DNA of 64,000 nt from the human T2T-CHM13v2.0 reference genome, Homo sapiens (GCF_009914755.1 NC_060926.1); one strand, 5' to 3'; positions 13,906 to 32,130 are shown, counted from the stretch's first letter. The notes: generated from the sequence alone by a model not told the origin. Program-made: numbers and translations.

Positions 13906-14337
13906 ATGGGAGGCATGAAGTGCATTCATCAGGAATTAAGAGTCAAATTTCTGATAGACAAAAAGGAAGTTATGCTCTAAAGGGTGGGCTTAGGTACAGT
14001 GTGAGAAATGGGGCTATAAATGAGAATGAATTAAAATTCTACAAAAAACAGACAAAGCTGTTACAACAAATTCTCTCTGCCCTCTCCCTCTCCAGAACAC
14101 AACCACCCAGGTACTTTCCCTAGGAAAAAAAGAGAAGGCTGTTATCCAAAGAAATGGAATAGAATGTCTGGTAAAAGCTAAGATGTGGGTACTACGACCA
14201 CCCACATGGAGGTACTAAATCTTCCATGGGCTGGCATTTGGGAGCAACCCCTACTAGAAAAATACTCCATCCTACTCACCATAAAGCAGGGGTTCTCACC
14301 CTGCTGTCCAGAGACCCCCCCCTCAAGGGCCTATGGA

Positions 14338-14391
14338 TTGAATTCAGAAAATTCAGTGAACTTGAATTCAGAAAATTCAGTGAACTTGAAT
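14338..14391. repeat. Perfect 24-bp tandem duplication
   Basis: ttgaattcagaaaattcagtgaac x2 plus ttgaat. Confidence 0.95.
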
Positions 14392-15041
14392 GAGAAGAAA
14401 ACCACATATTATTTTCATCAACCTCCAAATTGACATTTGGTATTTGAACAAAGGAAGTATGTTCAAATATGTTATTCCGTTTTGAACATAGGAAACAAAA
14501 TATAGCAGTATCAGCAGTGCCTGTGACTGTCACTAACACAAATCACAGATATTTTCATGTATCACATTATAGTTGTTGCAGATCTCAAAATACCTTTTAT
14601 GTTCATGACCACTGCAAAATTAGAATCAGACTAACTGCTCTGCTAGGTCTTAATATTCAGTGTATTAATAAAGAACATATTACTCTATAGCATTTGTTTT
14701 TAATATTTTGATAAACTGTATTTCAATCAAATCAATTTCCTTTGTAATCAAACATTTTATTTTATACACTTAAAAAACTTGAAAAGGGGTCCATAGGCTT
14801 CACCAGACTGCTAAAGGGGGTGCACGGCACAAAGTGGACTGAGAATTGTTACACTGCTGGAAAACCTCCTATCCACACAGCCTACTCACTCACCACCCAG
14901 TCAGGCTTCCTATTTAGAGAAAAGGCCTTTAGAGACACAGACTTACCAACACATCAGCAGAGGACATCTATTAACTCTCTGGGCCTTTCTTAAATGAATG
15001 GACAACAAAGGAATACAAAAGCATGTGACAAAAATCTAGAG

Positions 15042-16665
15042 CTGGAGTCAGTGAACTACAACCCAAGGGCAAAATCCGCTCTGCCACCTGTGTTTGTAAG
15101 CACCCACAAGCTAAGAATGAACTTTACATATTTTTTCATGGTTGAAACAAAAGAAATCAAAAGAATATTTCATGACACTTGAAAACTATATAAAATTTAA
15201 ATTTCAGAGTCCATAAATACAATTTTATTGGAACATAGGCATACTCATTCATTTATATATTATATGGCCTGCTTCTTTGCTACAACAGCAGAGCTGAGTA
15301 GCTGCAAGAGACCTTCATGGCATTCTCATCACTTCGTAGAGATGCTCAGTTATAAATTGACAACATTTTGAGTGCTTCATTGAGTACCTCATGCTATTTA
15401 ATTTTTTTTCCAGAGCATACTTACCACATCAAAACACAAAAAGCAAACTTCAAATGTCAAGTATTTAAAGGCGCAGTGAATTGTGGATTATTATACTGTC
15501 AAGTCAGACGGCAAATCACTGTGGTTATTATGTAACAATACTACAGTAGTGCTAAAAGAAAACAATGTATGTTGACATTACAGTATTAAGCATTCACCAC
15601 AATATTCCCAACTCACAAGAGAGTAACAGAAAAATTAGAAAATTTTACTCCAGCTCTCTTCTGATTAAAATTATTCTTTTTTAAAATTAGACAATTTAAA
15701 ATAAATGATCACATCCACAGATCTTTCCAAAAATAAAACAAAAACAAGACTATAATCAAAGTAAGTTTCATTTGTAGCCAAAGAAAGCTTATAATGAGTT
15801 AATTAAATCATGATTGATTACAGCAAAGAAATCTGTCCAGAGAAAATAAAGTTCTTAAGACAAGTGGCCTTTTGGCAAGAACAGCTGCTCAAAGATATGA
15901 GGAAACTGGAGCTTCATCAGACAATTTAAAACCAGGTAAATACTTTCCAGTGGTTTTCCTTGGCTTTTAATGAGTTCACAGGTGTTACTGACACTGCTTG
16001 GTATCACTGTGCTGTTCAAAGTTAAAATAGGAACAAGATCTCCATACCTACATTAATTTGCAGCAGATATATTTTGCACACTCAAACAGTTCCAGAAGTG
16101 TTTTTTCAGACTTTAAGTGCTTCAAAATCCATTTAACTATGCAACTGAGGAGCTTCCGCCTAACCTTTGATTGGCAGTGACTCATCTGCAATGTAGTAAC
16201 ATGCTAAAAGACAAATCTAAGAGAAGAATCGAACAAAGTTCCATAAATGTCTTCCAGGCAATGTATATGCTCAATTAAGATCATATTCTGGTGAACTGAT
16301 ATCAGTATTGGGCAATATCCATCTGTAGCGAAAAGACATTTTCAGAGATGAAATAAAGTCTTATTATATATCAGCTTAACAGATGAATCTTTGCAATCAA
16401 TTTTGATAAGGAACAGTAACTTTGAACCCCAATTAAGCAAATAATTACCTCACAAAGAAGAATCCCATTCTTCTCATTAGAATCGTATTAAAAAACAATT
16501 ATTATTATGTACTGAAGTCTATCAGTCAAAGGCTGTGTTGTGGAAACTTGTTTTCTCTCCTTCATTATATAAATACGTACATAACATCCTCAATTTTGCT
16601 TCTTGCCTTAAAAACCTAAAATATTTATTGTCTTGTCCTTTATAGAAAATGCTTACTGATCCCTG
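15042..16665 (+). mobile_element. hAT-Charlie Cheshire-like element (MER58B-type ends, decayed transposase interior)
   Basis: MER58B-like 5' part, terminal ...cttactgatccctg; 8-bp TSD atctagag / atctccag. Confidence 0.75.
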
Positions 16666-16669
16666 ATCT

Positions 16670-17385
16670 CCAGAACATAACAAAAAAGCAAGAAAATAAC
16701 TGAAAAACAGATCCAGAAGAAGCAACTATCATTTGAGAAAAAGAACTCGAAAATTTAAAAATACACAAAGATATTAAAAAATATATTCAAAAACAATGTT
16801 AGAAAGCTATCAAAACAAGAATAAGATCTTAGTTAAATTGTAATTTATGAAATAATGATAAATAGAAACAGAGGAAATATCTTGGGATATAAAGAAAAAA
16901 GATAAAAAATAAGAGATATGTCTCATATAAAAGGATATGAATAAATAATCTCACCACAATAGCACTAAGCAGAATGAATGAAAAAAGATTCACAATCGCA
17001 TAGAATTAAGAATGCCAAGAATGAAGAGAAGAGCCTTAAAGCTTCCAGAGAAAACAGGATACTTACAAAGATATTAGAATGAAATTGGTAAATTTCACCT
17101 TTGTAACACTGGATAGTAGAAGACAATGGAGCAGTAACCTCAAACTTAATTCTATTTCAGCCAAACTATCAACAATGAGGTAAATTCAAGATATTTTCAG
17201 AAATGTTAACAAGAACTCAAAAATCTGTCTTCCATGCATCCCTACATATGGGTGTATGCCAACCAATGAGAAACCAACAGCTAGAAAATGATACTTAAAA
17301 AAAATTATTCACAATAGTTTCATTAAACACTTAGCAATAAATATAACAAAAGGTATATAAGATGTGAGATATCTACAAAGAAAGT
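16670..17385 (+). mobile_element. Decayed L1M ORF1/ORF2 fragment
   Basis: A-rich; acactggatagtagaagacaatggagca...ccaaactatcaa motif. Confidence 0.55.
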
Positions 17386-18246
17386 TATAGGCATACCTTA
17401 TTTGATGTCCTTCATTTTACTGTGTGTCACAAATAACACATTTCTTTTACAGATTGAAGGTCTGTGGCAACCCTGCATCAAACAAGTCTATTGGCACCAT
17501 TTTTTGAAAAGCATGTGTTCACTCTGTGTCTCTGTGTCACATTTTGGTAATTCTCGCAATACATCTGTTATAGCGATCTGTGATCAGTGGTCTTTGACGT
17601 TACTATTGTAATTTTTGAGGGGGTGCCATGAACCATGCCCACATAAGATGGCGAACTTAATCGATAAATGTTGCATGTGTTCTGACTGCTCCACCAACCA
17701 GCCATTCTCCTGTCTCTCTCCCTCCCTCTCCCCTCAGGCTTCCCTATTCCCTGAGACACTAAGATACTGAAATTAGACTAATTAATAACCCTACAATGGC
17801 TTCTAAGTGTTCAAGGGAAAGGAAGAATCATATGTCTCTACTGAAATCAAAAGCTAGAAATGATTAAGCTTAGTGAGGAAGGCATGTCAAAAGTCAAGAC
17901 AAGCTGAAAGCTAGGCCTCGTAAGCCAAATAGCCAACTTGTGAATGCAAAGGGAAGGTTCCTGAAGGAAAGTAAAAGTGCTACTCCAGTGAACACACTAA
18001 TGATATGAACACAAAACAGCCTTATTGCTGATACAGAGAAATTGTATTGGTCTGGATAGAAGATCAAACCAGTCATAACATTCCCTTAAGCCAAAGCCTA
18101 ATCCAGGGCAAGGCCCTAACTCTCTTCAATTCTATGAAGGTGGAAAAAGGTGAGGAAGCTGCAGAAGGAAAGTCTGAAGTTAGCAGAGGTTGGTTCTTGA
18201 GGTTTATGGATAGACGATGTCTCCATCACATAAAAAGTGCATGACA

Positions 18247-18533
18247 GGCCAGGCGCGGTGGCTCACGCTTATAATCCCAGCACTTTGGGAGGCCGAGGCG
18301 GGCAGATCACTTGAGGCCAGGGGTTCAAGACCAGCCTAGCCAACATAGTGAAACCCCGTCTCTACTAAAAATACAAAAATTAACTGGGTGTGATGGTGCA
18401 CACCCGTAGTCCCAGCTACTCAGGAGGCTGAAGCAGGAGAATCGCTTGAACCCAGGAGGCAGACGATGCAGTGAGCCAAGGTAATGCCAATGCACTCCAG
18501 CCTGGGTGACAGAGCAAGACTCCATCTCAAAAA
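18247..18533 (+). mobile_element. Alu nested in Tigger1
   Basis: Dimeric Alu; TSD gtgcatga. Confidence 0.95.
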
Positions 18534-18727
18534 GCAATGTGCATGATGAAGCAACAAGTGCTGATGTAAAAGCTGCAAATTATCCAGAAGATCTAGCTAA
18601 GATCATTGATGAAGGTGGCCACACTAAACAACAGATTTTCAATGTAAATGAAACAGCCTTATGTTGGAAAAAGATGCCACTTGGGACTTTCATAACTAGA
18701 GAGAAGTCAATACCTCACTTCAAAGAA

Positions 18728-18810
18728 TACCCTGACTTCACCACTACAATCTATGCATGTAACAAAATTGCACTTGCACCCCGTAAATTTATACAAATAA
18801 AATACTTTAA
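18728..18810 (+). mobile_element. Short L1 (L1PB/L1MA-like) 3' end inserted in Tigger1
   Basis: ccctgacttcaccacta...catgtaacaaaattgcacttg...aaataaaa resembles an L1 3' terminus and breaks Tigger colinearity. Confidence 0.65.
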
Positions 18811-20167
18811 AAGGCTTCAAAAAGATAGGCTAACTCTTGTTAGGAGCTAATGCAGCTGGTGACTTTAAGTTGAAACCAATGCTCATTTACCAGTCTGAAA
18901 ATTCTAGGGCCCTTAAGAATTATGCTAAATATACTCTGCCTGTGCTCTATATATGGAGCAACAGAGCCCAGATGGCAGTATATCTGTTTACAGCATGGTT
19001 TACTGACTATTTTAAGCCCACTGTTGAGACCTACTGCTCAGAAAAAATATCCTTTTCAAAATACTACTGCTCATTGACAATGCACCCAGTCACCCAAGAG
19101 CTCTGATGGAGATGAATGTTTTCATGTCCACAAACACAACAACCATTCTGCAGCTTATGGATCACGGAATAATTGACTTTCAAGTCTTATTTAAGAAATA
19201 AATACAAAATACACTTTTTAAGGTTATAGTAGCCATAGAAAGTGATTTCTCTGATGGATCTGGGCAGAGTAAATTGAAAACCTAGAAAGGATTCACCATT
19301 TTAGCTGACATTAAGAACATTCGTGATTCATGGCAGAAGGTCAAATATCAACAATAACAGGAGTTTGAAAGAAGGTGATTGCAACCCTCAGGGATGACTT
19401 TGAGGAGTTCAAGACTTCAGTAGACGAAGTAATTGCAGGTGTGGTGGAAAAGCAAGAGAACTAGAATTAGAAGTGGAGAATGAAGACGTGACTGAATTGC
19501 TGCAACTTCATGATCAAACTTGAACAGATGAGGAGCTGCTTCTTACAAGTGAACAATGTGGTTTCTTGAGATGCAATCTATTTCTGGTGAAGATGCTATG
19601 AACATTGTTGAAATGACAACAGATTTAGAATATTATATAAACCTAGTTGATAAAGCAGTGGCAGGGGTTGAGAGGATTGACTCCAATTTTGAAATTTTTA
19701 CTGTGGGTAAAATGCTATCAAACAGCATCACATACTACAGAGAAATATTTTGTAAAAGGAGAAGTCAATTGAGGTGACAAACTTTACTGCTGTCCTATTT
19801 TAAGAAATTGCCAGAGCCACCTCAGTGTTTAGCAGTCACCACCCTCAGCAGCTATCAACACTGAGGCAAGACCCTCTGCCATCAAAAAGATGACTCGCTG
19901 ACTGTTAACATTTTTTAGCAACAAAGAATTTTTAATTAAGATATATACTGTTTTCTAAAATATAATGGTATTGGACACCTAACAGAGTACTGTATAGTAT
20001 AAATGTAACTTTTATATGCACTGGGAAACCAAAACATTCTTGTGCCTAGCTTTACTGCAATATTTGTTTTATTGTGGTGGTATGAAATCAAACCCTCAAA
20101 ATCTGAGGTAATGCTCTTTCTTAACTTGCAAAGTGTTTACCTGGGTATTCTCTTTTAAATAAGCTAT

Positions 20168-20464
<297 letters not shown>

Positions 20465-20914
20465 AGTTAATTAATTAATTAGCTGTGATATTTATTTGAT
20501 AATGTATTCACCTTTTACATACTTGTGAGTGAAGAGGCTGCACTGAAGCAAGCCTGGTTGAGAATAACCTAGGAGTCCATCTTCTCACAGTACTGTTTTG
20601 CAGAAACTATGTAAGACAGTTGTAGAATGTTGTTTCTGCCTGTCTGCTGTGGAAGGTTATAATATATAATACGAAGTCTGGAGGAGCTAAAAGTGGGCAT
20701 AAAAGACTGAGGCCTATGTGACTCAAGCAGTATAAAAAACTTGTGGGAAGTTGAAGTTGCAATTTCTTGTCGTCAACCTTGGCTCTCATCTTTGGAAGCC
20801 ACATAGGCCCCAAAGGGGAAAAGAAGTTGCTTACTTGGGTAGCTGAGAGGCTTCCAAGAAGATGAAGATACTGTACCTGCTTTATCATCTGTCCTGTATT
20901 CTTTTATAAAACTA

Positions 20915-21298
<384 letters not shown>

Positions 21299-21335
21299 CT
21301 ATTAAAGTCTATTTCTGTCTTATAAGTCTCAGTGA

Positions 21336-21593
<258 letters not shown>

Positions 21594-21787
21594 TAGGAAT
21601 ATACATTACCTTTGTTATGGGTTGAACTGCACCCTCCCAAAATTCTTATAATGAACTACTAACCCCTAATACCTCAGAATGTGACCTTTTTTGGAAATAG
21701 GGTCATTGCAAGTGTAATTAATTAAGATTAGGTCATTAGGGTGGGCCCTAGTCCAGTGACTGATTTCCTTATAAAAAAGGAAAATTC

Positions 21788-22077
21788 AGCCGGGCACAGT
21801 CGCTCAGGCCTGTAATCCCAGCACTTTGGGAGGCCGAGGCGGTCAGATCGCTTGACCCCAGGAGTTCGAGACCAGCCTGGGCAACATGGCGAAACCCCAT
21901 GTATATTTTTTCTCTACAAAAAACACAAAAATTAGCTGGGCGTGGTGGTGCACACCTGTAATCCCAGCTACTTGGGAGGCTGAGAATTGCTTGAGTCCAG
22001 AAGGAGGTTGCAGTGAGCAGAGATTGTGCCACTGCACTCCAACCTGGGTGACAGAGCAAGACTCTGTCTCAAAAAAA
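21788..22077 (+). mobile_element. Alu nested in MLT1
   Basis: TSD aaaaaaggaaa(a)ttcag. Confidence 0.93.
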
Positions 22078-22301
22078 GGAAATTCAGACAATTCAGACAC
22101 AGGCATACAGGGAGAACACCATGTGAATATGAAGGCAGAAATCAGGATGATACTTTTGCAAGCCATCACCAAAGATTGCCAGCATTCCATCAGGAGCTAG
22201 GGGAGATGAATGAATAGATCCTTCCCCACAGCCTCAGAAGGAACCAACCCTGCCAACACCTTGTGCTGGGACCTCCAGCCTCCAGAACCTTGAGACAATA
22301 A

Positions 22302-22618
<317 letters not shown>

Positions 22619-23065
22619 AAGTTCTGTTGTTTAAGCCACCCAGTCTGTGGTACTTTGTTATGGCAGCCCTAATGAACTAATACGGGCTTTAAGCTATAAA
22701 TCACTAAGGTTGGTTAAGTTAACAAATCATAACCCTCAAAAATGTTAACCCAACTTGAAAGAAGCTTTTGAAACTGTTTACAGTCCATTTCAGAAATAAC
22801 AAAAATAGAAATAAATGCAATTATTAAACATATGTCATGTTAAATGACAATAAAGTTATTAAATAATAATTTATTTAAAAAGTATAACCAGTTTTCTTTG
22901 ATATAAGTAACTGGGTCCCAAATGCTGGTAAAATGAGACAAGTAGGATCCTTCATTAATTTCTCATATCCATTTCCATCTGTTTTTTCTTTTTTTGTTGT
23001 TCCATGTGAAACTGAGAAAAAAAAATCTGCGTTTTCAACTTAAACAGTGGTCAACTTAATCTTAC

Positions 23066-23147
23066 TTTTTTGGGAATTTGCTCGCACTCCAGTTTAATTT
23101 TCTCTTCTTGTGTTTCTTCAACTTCTGTATCTATTTCATCATCGATT
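23066..23147 (-). CDS. ZC3H8: ZC3H8 exon 2 ([27 protein letters not shown]), 82 nt
   Basis: ctacag| acceptor and |gtaag donor; frame continuous with exons 1 and 3. Confidence 0.95.
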
Positions 23148-23399
23148 CTGTAGCAAAAATATCAAATAACACAAAAGAGTTTTTTCAACCTGAAGTGTTC
23201 ATACCACAGCGTTACAATTCACTGCTTTGGCTTGTCTTCAACTTACCCTCAAAGAAATTACAAATTCAAATTCTATACCAAATACTCCAGAAAATGTACA
23301 AAATTATGATGACCAATAAATGTCCATATATATTTATGAATAGCCTGTAAAATTTTAGATTATAAAGCCTTAATGTTCAAGTATTAGCAGCTATATAAA

Positions 23400-23900
23400 T
23401 CATTCATTCATCCATCATTCCATTAATTCAACAACTACTAAGTACCCACCATGTACGAGGCTCCGGGCCTTAGGCCCTGGACTACAACAATGAAAAATAC
23501 AGACCCTGTCACTGTGTTCTGAGAGCTTTCTATCTCCTTGGGAGAAAAAAATAAAGCTATTTCAATATGGTATGGTAAGTATAGGGGCATATATGGGGAA
23601 CACAACCCAGACTTGGGGATCAGAGGCATTCAGAGCCTAAATGATACTTATGAGTTAGCCAAAAAAGAGGAAAGAGGAATGTGAGAGAGAAGGGTATTTT
23701 AGGCAGAATGCAGAGTGCCTTTTGAGATTAGGAGCGAGACAAACACATTTAAGTGTAAAGATGAAAAAGAAAAACTGTTTTCAGACTTACAGGACTGAGA
23801 AGTTGACCATGCATATATATAACAGTCTGAGACAATTACTTGAGGCTATTCCAGCAAAACTAAATATGAACCCAAGAGGGATGGGAAATATAAGAACATG
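23400..23900 (-). mobile_element. L2 fragment
   Basis: cattcattca...aacaactactaagtacccaccatgt terminus (antisense). Confidence 0.6.
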
Positions 23901-24409
23901 GTGAACAAAGAAGACAATAAAATGTATAGATGTATCTGAATAATGGTTGATACTAGAAATATAGGGAGCTGAAGAAAATATTATCTTAGTAAGTGGTGAC
24001 TATTGAACACAAGATTGGGAAAAGCTGTGAATTAAAATATGAGTTACACACCAGATAAAGGCAAGGAATTGGGGAATGTGTCCCATCTCAAGAGAACATG
24101 TTACAAAGGGAAAGCACTGACAGCACAAGGAGAATGTGAACAGTGGCTCCGTGGCTGTTCTTTCAAAGTTACAGGAGCTCAGGCTTCACAGCTTTGTCCA
24201 ATTCAACAGTTTACACTGACTCAGAGCTCCAGAGTTACATCCATCAGATGAGGTACTAAGTTGTGAGCCTGCTACAGAAGCCACCATTACAAGAACCAAA
24301 AACCCCAATACTTGTGAATCTTTATAGCTATAGTTTCCAGTAATGAATCATCTCATGGAGTAGGAGGCAACCTCTCCTTAGGCAGAGGAATAATGACAAT
24401 AATGACCTC

Positions 24410-24639
24410 AATAGCAGTAACAGCATCAGCCAACACTTGAATGATGCTTACTCTGTGCCAGATGCTGCTCCATACACGTAACACTTACCACAAACAACAG
24501 TGTTATGACATACATACTAAAAGCCCATTTTACGGATGAGAAAACAATCACAGAAAGGATATGTAACTTGTCACAGAGCTAATACATGGTGGAGCTGAGA
24601 TCTGAGCCCCAGCAGGCAGGCAAAGCTCCCAAGTATGTG

Positions 24640-24660
<21 letters not shown>
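24410..24660 (-). mobile_element. MIR
   Basis: cccattttacggatgagaaaac core. Confidence 0.65.
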
Positions 24661-26253
<1,593 letters not shown>

Positions 26254-26809
26254 GAGAAGTATTCCCATCACAAATTACTCGGAAAAAAAACCAGAAACCA
26301 TATGAGAAAAGACTGATTCATCTGACTGCATAAAACCAAACCACAACATCCCCATTCCTTTTTACATTGAAAAATAATGCCATAGGCAAAGACAAATGAC
26401 AATTGGGAGTAAAGTATTCGCAGATAAGAGATCCTAGAATGTGAAAAAGACCAAAAAGGAGAAAAATGGGCAAATAATATGGACAGCTCACCATACTTCC
26501 ATACCATCCTTCACCCATCATTTTGGCAAAATTCCAAGTGTCTTTTATGTATTGCAGTCAAGTTTTGGGGAATGGAGCTTGTGTCCAACACACTTTGAAA
26601 CTGATAGCTGCTGTTCGGATTTTTAAATGTTGCTATTATCTTTTTTTTGTGTGATGAATTCTTATGTATTTTATAACATATCAATTAGTACCAGTTATTT
26701 TTCTTAGTAAATTATATCATCTGCAAGTAATTAGTGTATCTGTCTCTTTCCAATATTTATAGGGCTTATTTTAAAATTTTAGTCATTTTGCATGAGAAGC
26801 TTGGTGATA

Positions 26810-26970
26810 AAATCATGGATCCTGGACATAGCTCTTCCACTTACACTGTGCAATCTCGGCAGGTTATTTAGCCTCTCCGTGCCTCAGTTTTCCCATCTGT
26901 AAAACGAGGACGGCATCATCTTCTCTTTAAGTTTGTTTTGAGGATTAAGTGATTTATTTCATGTAAAGCA
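26810..26970 (+). mobile_element. MIR
   Basis: ctctccgtgcctcagttttcccatctgtaaaacgagga core. Confidence 0.75.
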
Positions 26971-27399
26971 CAAGGTAAAGCTCTGGATGATCAGTTAAGG
27001 TAAAATTTGAGATAGAGTGAACAGCTGACCAATATCGAATGGTAAAATCAATCACAACTGGAAATATATCTCAGTTGAGGGAAATAAAAGACGTAGGTTT
27101 AAGAACAAAGATGGTGGTTTTTAGCATTTCAAATCACTAGACACTGCTCCAAAAATATAATCTACAAATTAGGGCCATCTGACCAAGAGTCTCACTTGCT
27201 TTTCCAACCTAATGGAAATATTAAGTCCAAATGACGTCTGTTGCTTTATTGTGGTCTTTAGGGTCTTTCCATGCAAATCAGTGGACTAATGGCAGAGTAT
27301 TGCCTATTCTTTACCTTTCAATAAACTTGTGGTTTCATCCTTTCTACAGAAAAGAACCTAGGAGGTGTCAGTGAAAAAGGTCACATCAGTGTCCTCTGG

Positions 27400-28090
27400 G
27401 AGTTTACGGTCTCGTGGAAACAGGCAACAACGGTAAAGACAGACGCTACGGGACCACAGAGGCGGGCTCCTCACCCGCTGCTGTGCAGAGAAAGGGGCGC
27501 ATCCCGGAGCCTTCTCGCCTCCACCCCGCTCCCCCGCCCAGGCTCTCGACAGCCCCGGCCCTGACGGCCTAAGCCTGAGCCCCGCGTTCAGCTTCTGCTC
27601 CCACCCGGACCCCGCACGACCTCTATAGGTCAGACGGTGGCGCCCGGCCGGCCCACGTGCTCCCCACGGGCCCTCGCGACGCGGCCCGGACGTGGCCCCG
27701 GACTGCCTCCAATCCAGAAGAAACTAAGAGGCGGAGTCCCGCTGAGCCCCTGCATTCAAAAGATGAAAAGATATGGGATCACCTTTCGTCAGAGTCCGTG
27801 GCCGTTTTGCCGAGGGCCGGGTTGGGGGGTTTTGAGAAAAGATTCTCAAAATCCATGACCCAGACAGGTCCTCCCTTTCGCGAGCCGGGAAGCTACAGAG
27901 TAACAACCCGAGAGAGTGACAACCCGGACGCGACGAGACGGACCCAGAGCCGCGCCAGGGCCACAGGCTCCGCCCCGCGCAGCCTCACCTGCCCCGCGCA
28001 TGCGCTGCACCGCCCTCCGCGACTCTGGGCAGGCCGGGTCTCTCCCTGCCTCCTTCGCCTCGGCTCTGCGCAGGCGCCGCCGTGGTTGCC
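27400..28090. promoter_or_regulatory. CpG-island promoter of ZC3H8
   Basis: High GC/CpG density around exon 1; NRF1 palindrome GCGCATGCGC at 27996-28005; GC box CCGCCCC near 27970. Confidence 0.9.
27783..27856 (-). CDS. ZC3H8: ZC3H8 coding exon 1 ([25 protein letters not shown]), 74 nt
   Basis: ATG at 27856 inside a CpG island; donor AG|GTGATC at 27783/27782; phase 2 joins exon 2 in frame; peptide matches the recalled ZC3H8 N-terminus. Confidence 0.96.
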
Positions 28091-28128
28091 CTTCTGTAAG
28101 CTTTTTCGTCCTTTACCTCAGATAGTAG

Positions 28129-28456
<328 letters not shown>

Positions 28457-28549
28457 CCAGCCCAGAATTTTTAAAATTAGTTGTTAGGATTCTGCTTTCA
28501 CCTTGGTGAAAACTCTTCCATCAAAATCACAGTATTTCTAAGGGATGGT

Positions 28550-28720
28550 AGTAACAGCTAACATTTATCTGAGCACTCCACTACTATTCCTTAGAAATAG
28601 CGTTTCACATGTTAGCTAACTTAATCCTCACAACAGCCCTGTAAAAGATGTTCTATTACCATTCACAGTTTTGAAATGAATAAACAGATGTGTAGTCAGG
28701 TAATGTAACTTGTAGGGTCT
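28550..28720 (-). mobile_element. MIR
   Basis: agctaacattta...ttaatcctcacaacagccctgt. Confidence 0.6.
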
Positions 28721-29479
28721 CTACAATTGAATGGGAATTAAAATGAATACACAAGTAACTTCAAGACAGAAAAGTCCGTTAAAAAGTACCAAATACTAAG
28801 AGAATTCAGAAGAGGGAAAAAATTGCATCCAGTTGGGAAGGCTTCTTGAGAAGGGAGTATTTGAGCTGGGTCTTGAGATATTTCCATAGGAAAAGAGGAA
28901 GTGGGCATTCCAAGTAGAGAGAATTGTATGAAGGCAGGAAAATAGAGCATGCTGTTGCAGAACAGGAAATTGCTCAGTTTTGCTCAATGTAATGCCATTT
29001 AAGGGACCTGTAGAAAGGAAGGCTCAAACCCTAGGTTGGGCCAGTGATAGAGAACCTGACTTGCTTCTGTAAGTGAAGGGAGTGTTTGATTCTTGGCATG
29101 AATCAGGATCCCTTTACCGATTAGTGAAGGGAACTATTTGAAGCCAGACATCTTCCCCAGGGAAATTCTACTTTCCCATGTTGTTTATATTGTAGGCCAT
29201 CACCTATGGAACATGAATCATTACTAAAAATTCAGAGAAAAAATTGAATTAAGGAGATAAAAACTAGAATTACCCCTTCTTTAGCAGGAAGCATTATTAT
29301 AGAACCCAAATTGTTACCATACACACTTTTTTATATAAAATATCCAACATACAGCAAAATATAACCAGACACAAATGCAAATTAGATTGGTAGGTAAAAA
29401 GCAGCTAAAACATCTGACCTGCAAAGGCATCAGACACTAGCATTTTCAGACAAAGACTATATAAAAGGCTACATATGTT

Positions 29480-30010
29480 TGTGTTAGATTGATGCCAAAA
29501 AAGGCCCCAATTTCTCCAACCTTTCCTGTATCCATGTCCTTTGCAATGTGACTTTGCAGCTCCTCCCATAAAGAGGTAGGATCTATTTCACCTCCTCTTT
29601 AATCTGAGTTGATTTTGCCTGATAGAATGACTTGTCTTAGCTAGTAGAATGCAGAAGTGGCCTGCCAATACCAAGCCAAGGCCCCAAGAGGCTTTGTATG
29701 TGTCTGCTGTCTCTTATATGCCTGCCTTCTTCAGGACAATAAACTCAGGCTACCCTGCTGACGATAAGGGAGAGGCATGTAGAAGATAAGGCTAATGGAG
29801 GACAGCGAAAACACCCAGTCAACAGCTAGCAAAACCCTAAAAGCAAAGCCTCCTAGGCAACATACAGCTGAGCACACACATGATGGAGTCCTGCAGAGAA
29901 CCGAAGACTCTCAGATGATCCCAGTCCAAATTACTAACCCACATAAATAAATGGTCCTTGTTTTAAGCCACTAAGTTTTTAAGTAGTTTACTATATAGTA
30001 ATATCTAACT
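29480..30010 (+). mobile_element. Old MLT1 (MaLR) LTR
   Basis: ctttgcaatgtgactttgcagctcctccca...gttttaagccactaagtttt. Confidence 0.65.
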
Positions 30011-30121
30011 AATAAAAAAGAAACTATAAAAAGTGTCATAGAGAAATTGGGGAGAAGTAACCAAGTAGAACTTCTAGAAATAAAAAATATAATACTGAAA
30101 TTTTTAAAAATCAGTGGATGG

Positions 30122-31215
<1,094 letters not shown>

Positions 31216-31254
31216 AAGTGAAATTCCCTATTATTATAAAGCAGATGGCCTAAA

Positions 31255-32130
<876 letters not shown>

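Larger units (their letters stand above)
17388..20115 (+). mobile_element. Near full-length Tigger1 (TcMar-Tigger) fossil DNA transposon, interrupted by an Alu and an L1 3' fragment
   Basis: TA then (C>T)AGGCATACC left end; GAGGTAATGC right end; degraded pogo/CENP-B-like transposase fragments ([34 protein letters not shown]). Confidence 0.9.

Noticed and set aside
18047-19777. Transposase-like ORFs as a possible domesticated TIGD/CENP-B-type gene
   Set aside because: Multiple frameshifts, stops and two insertions; an ordinary Tigger1 fossil.
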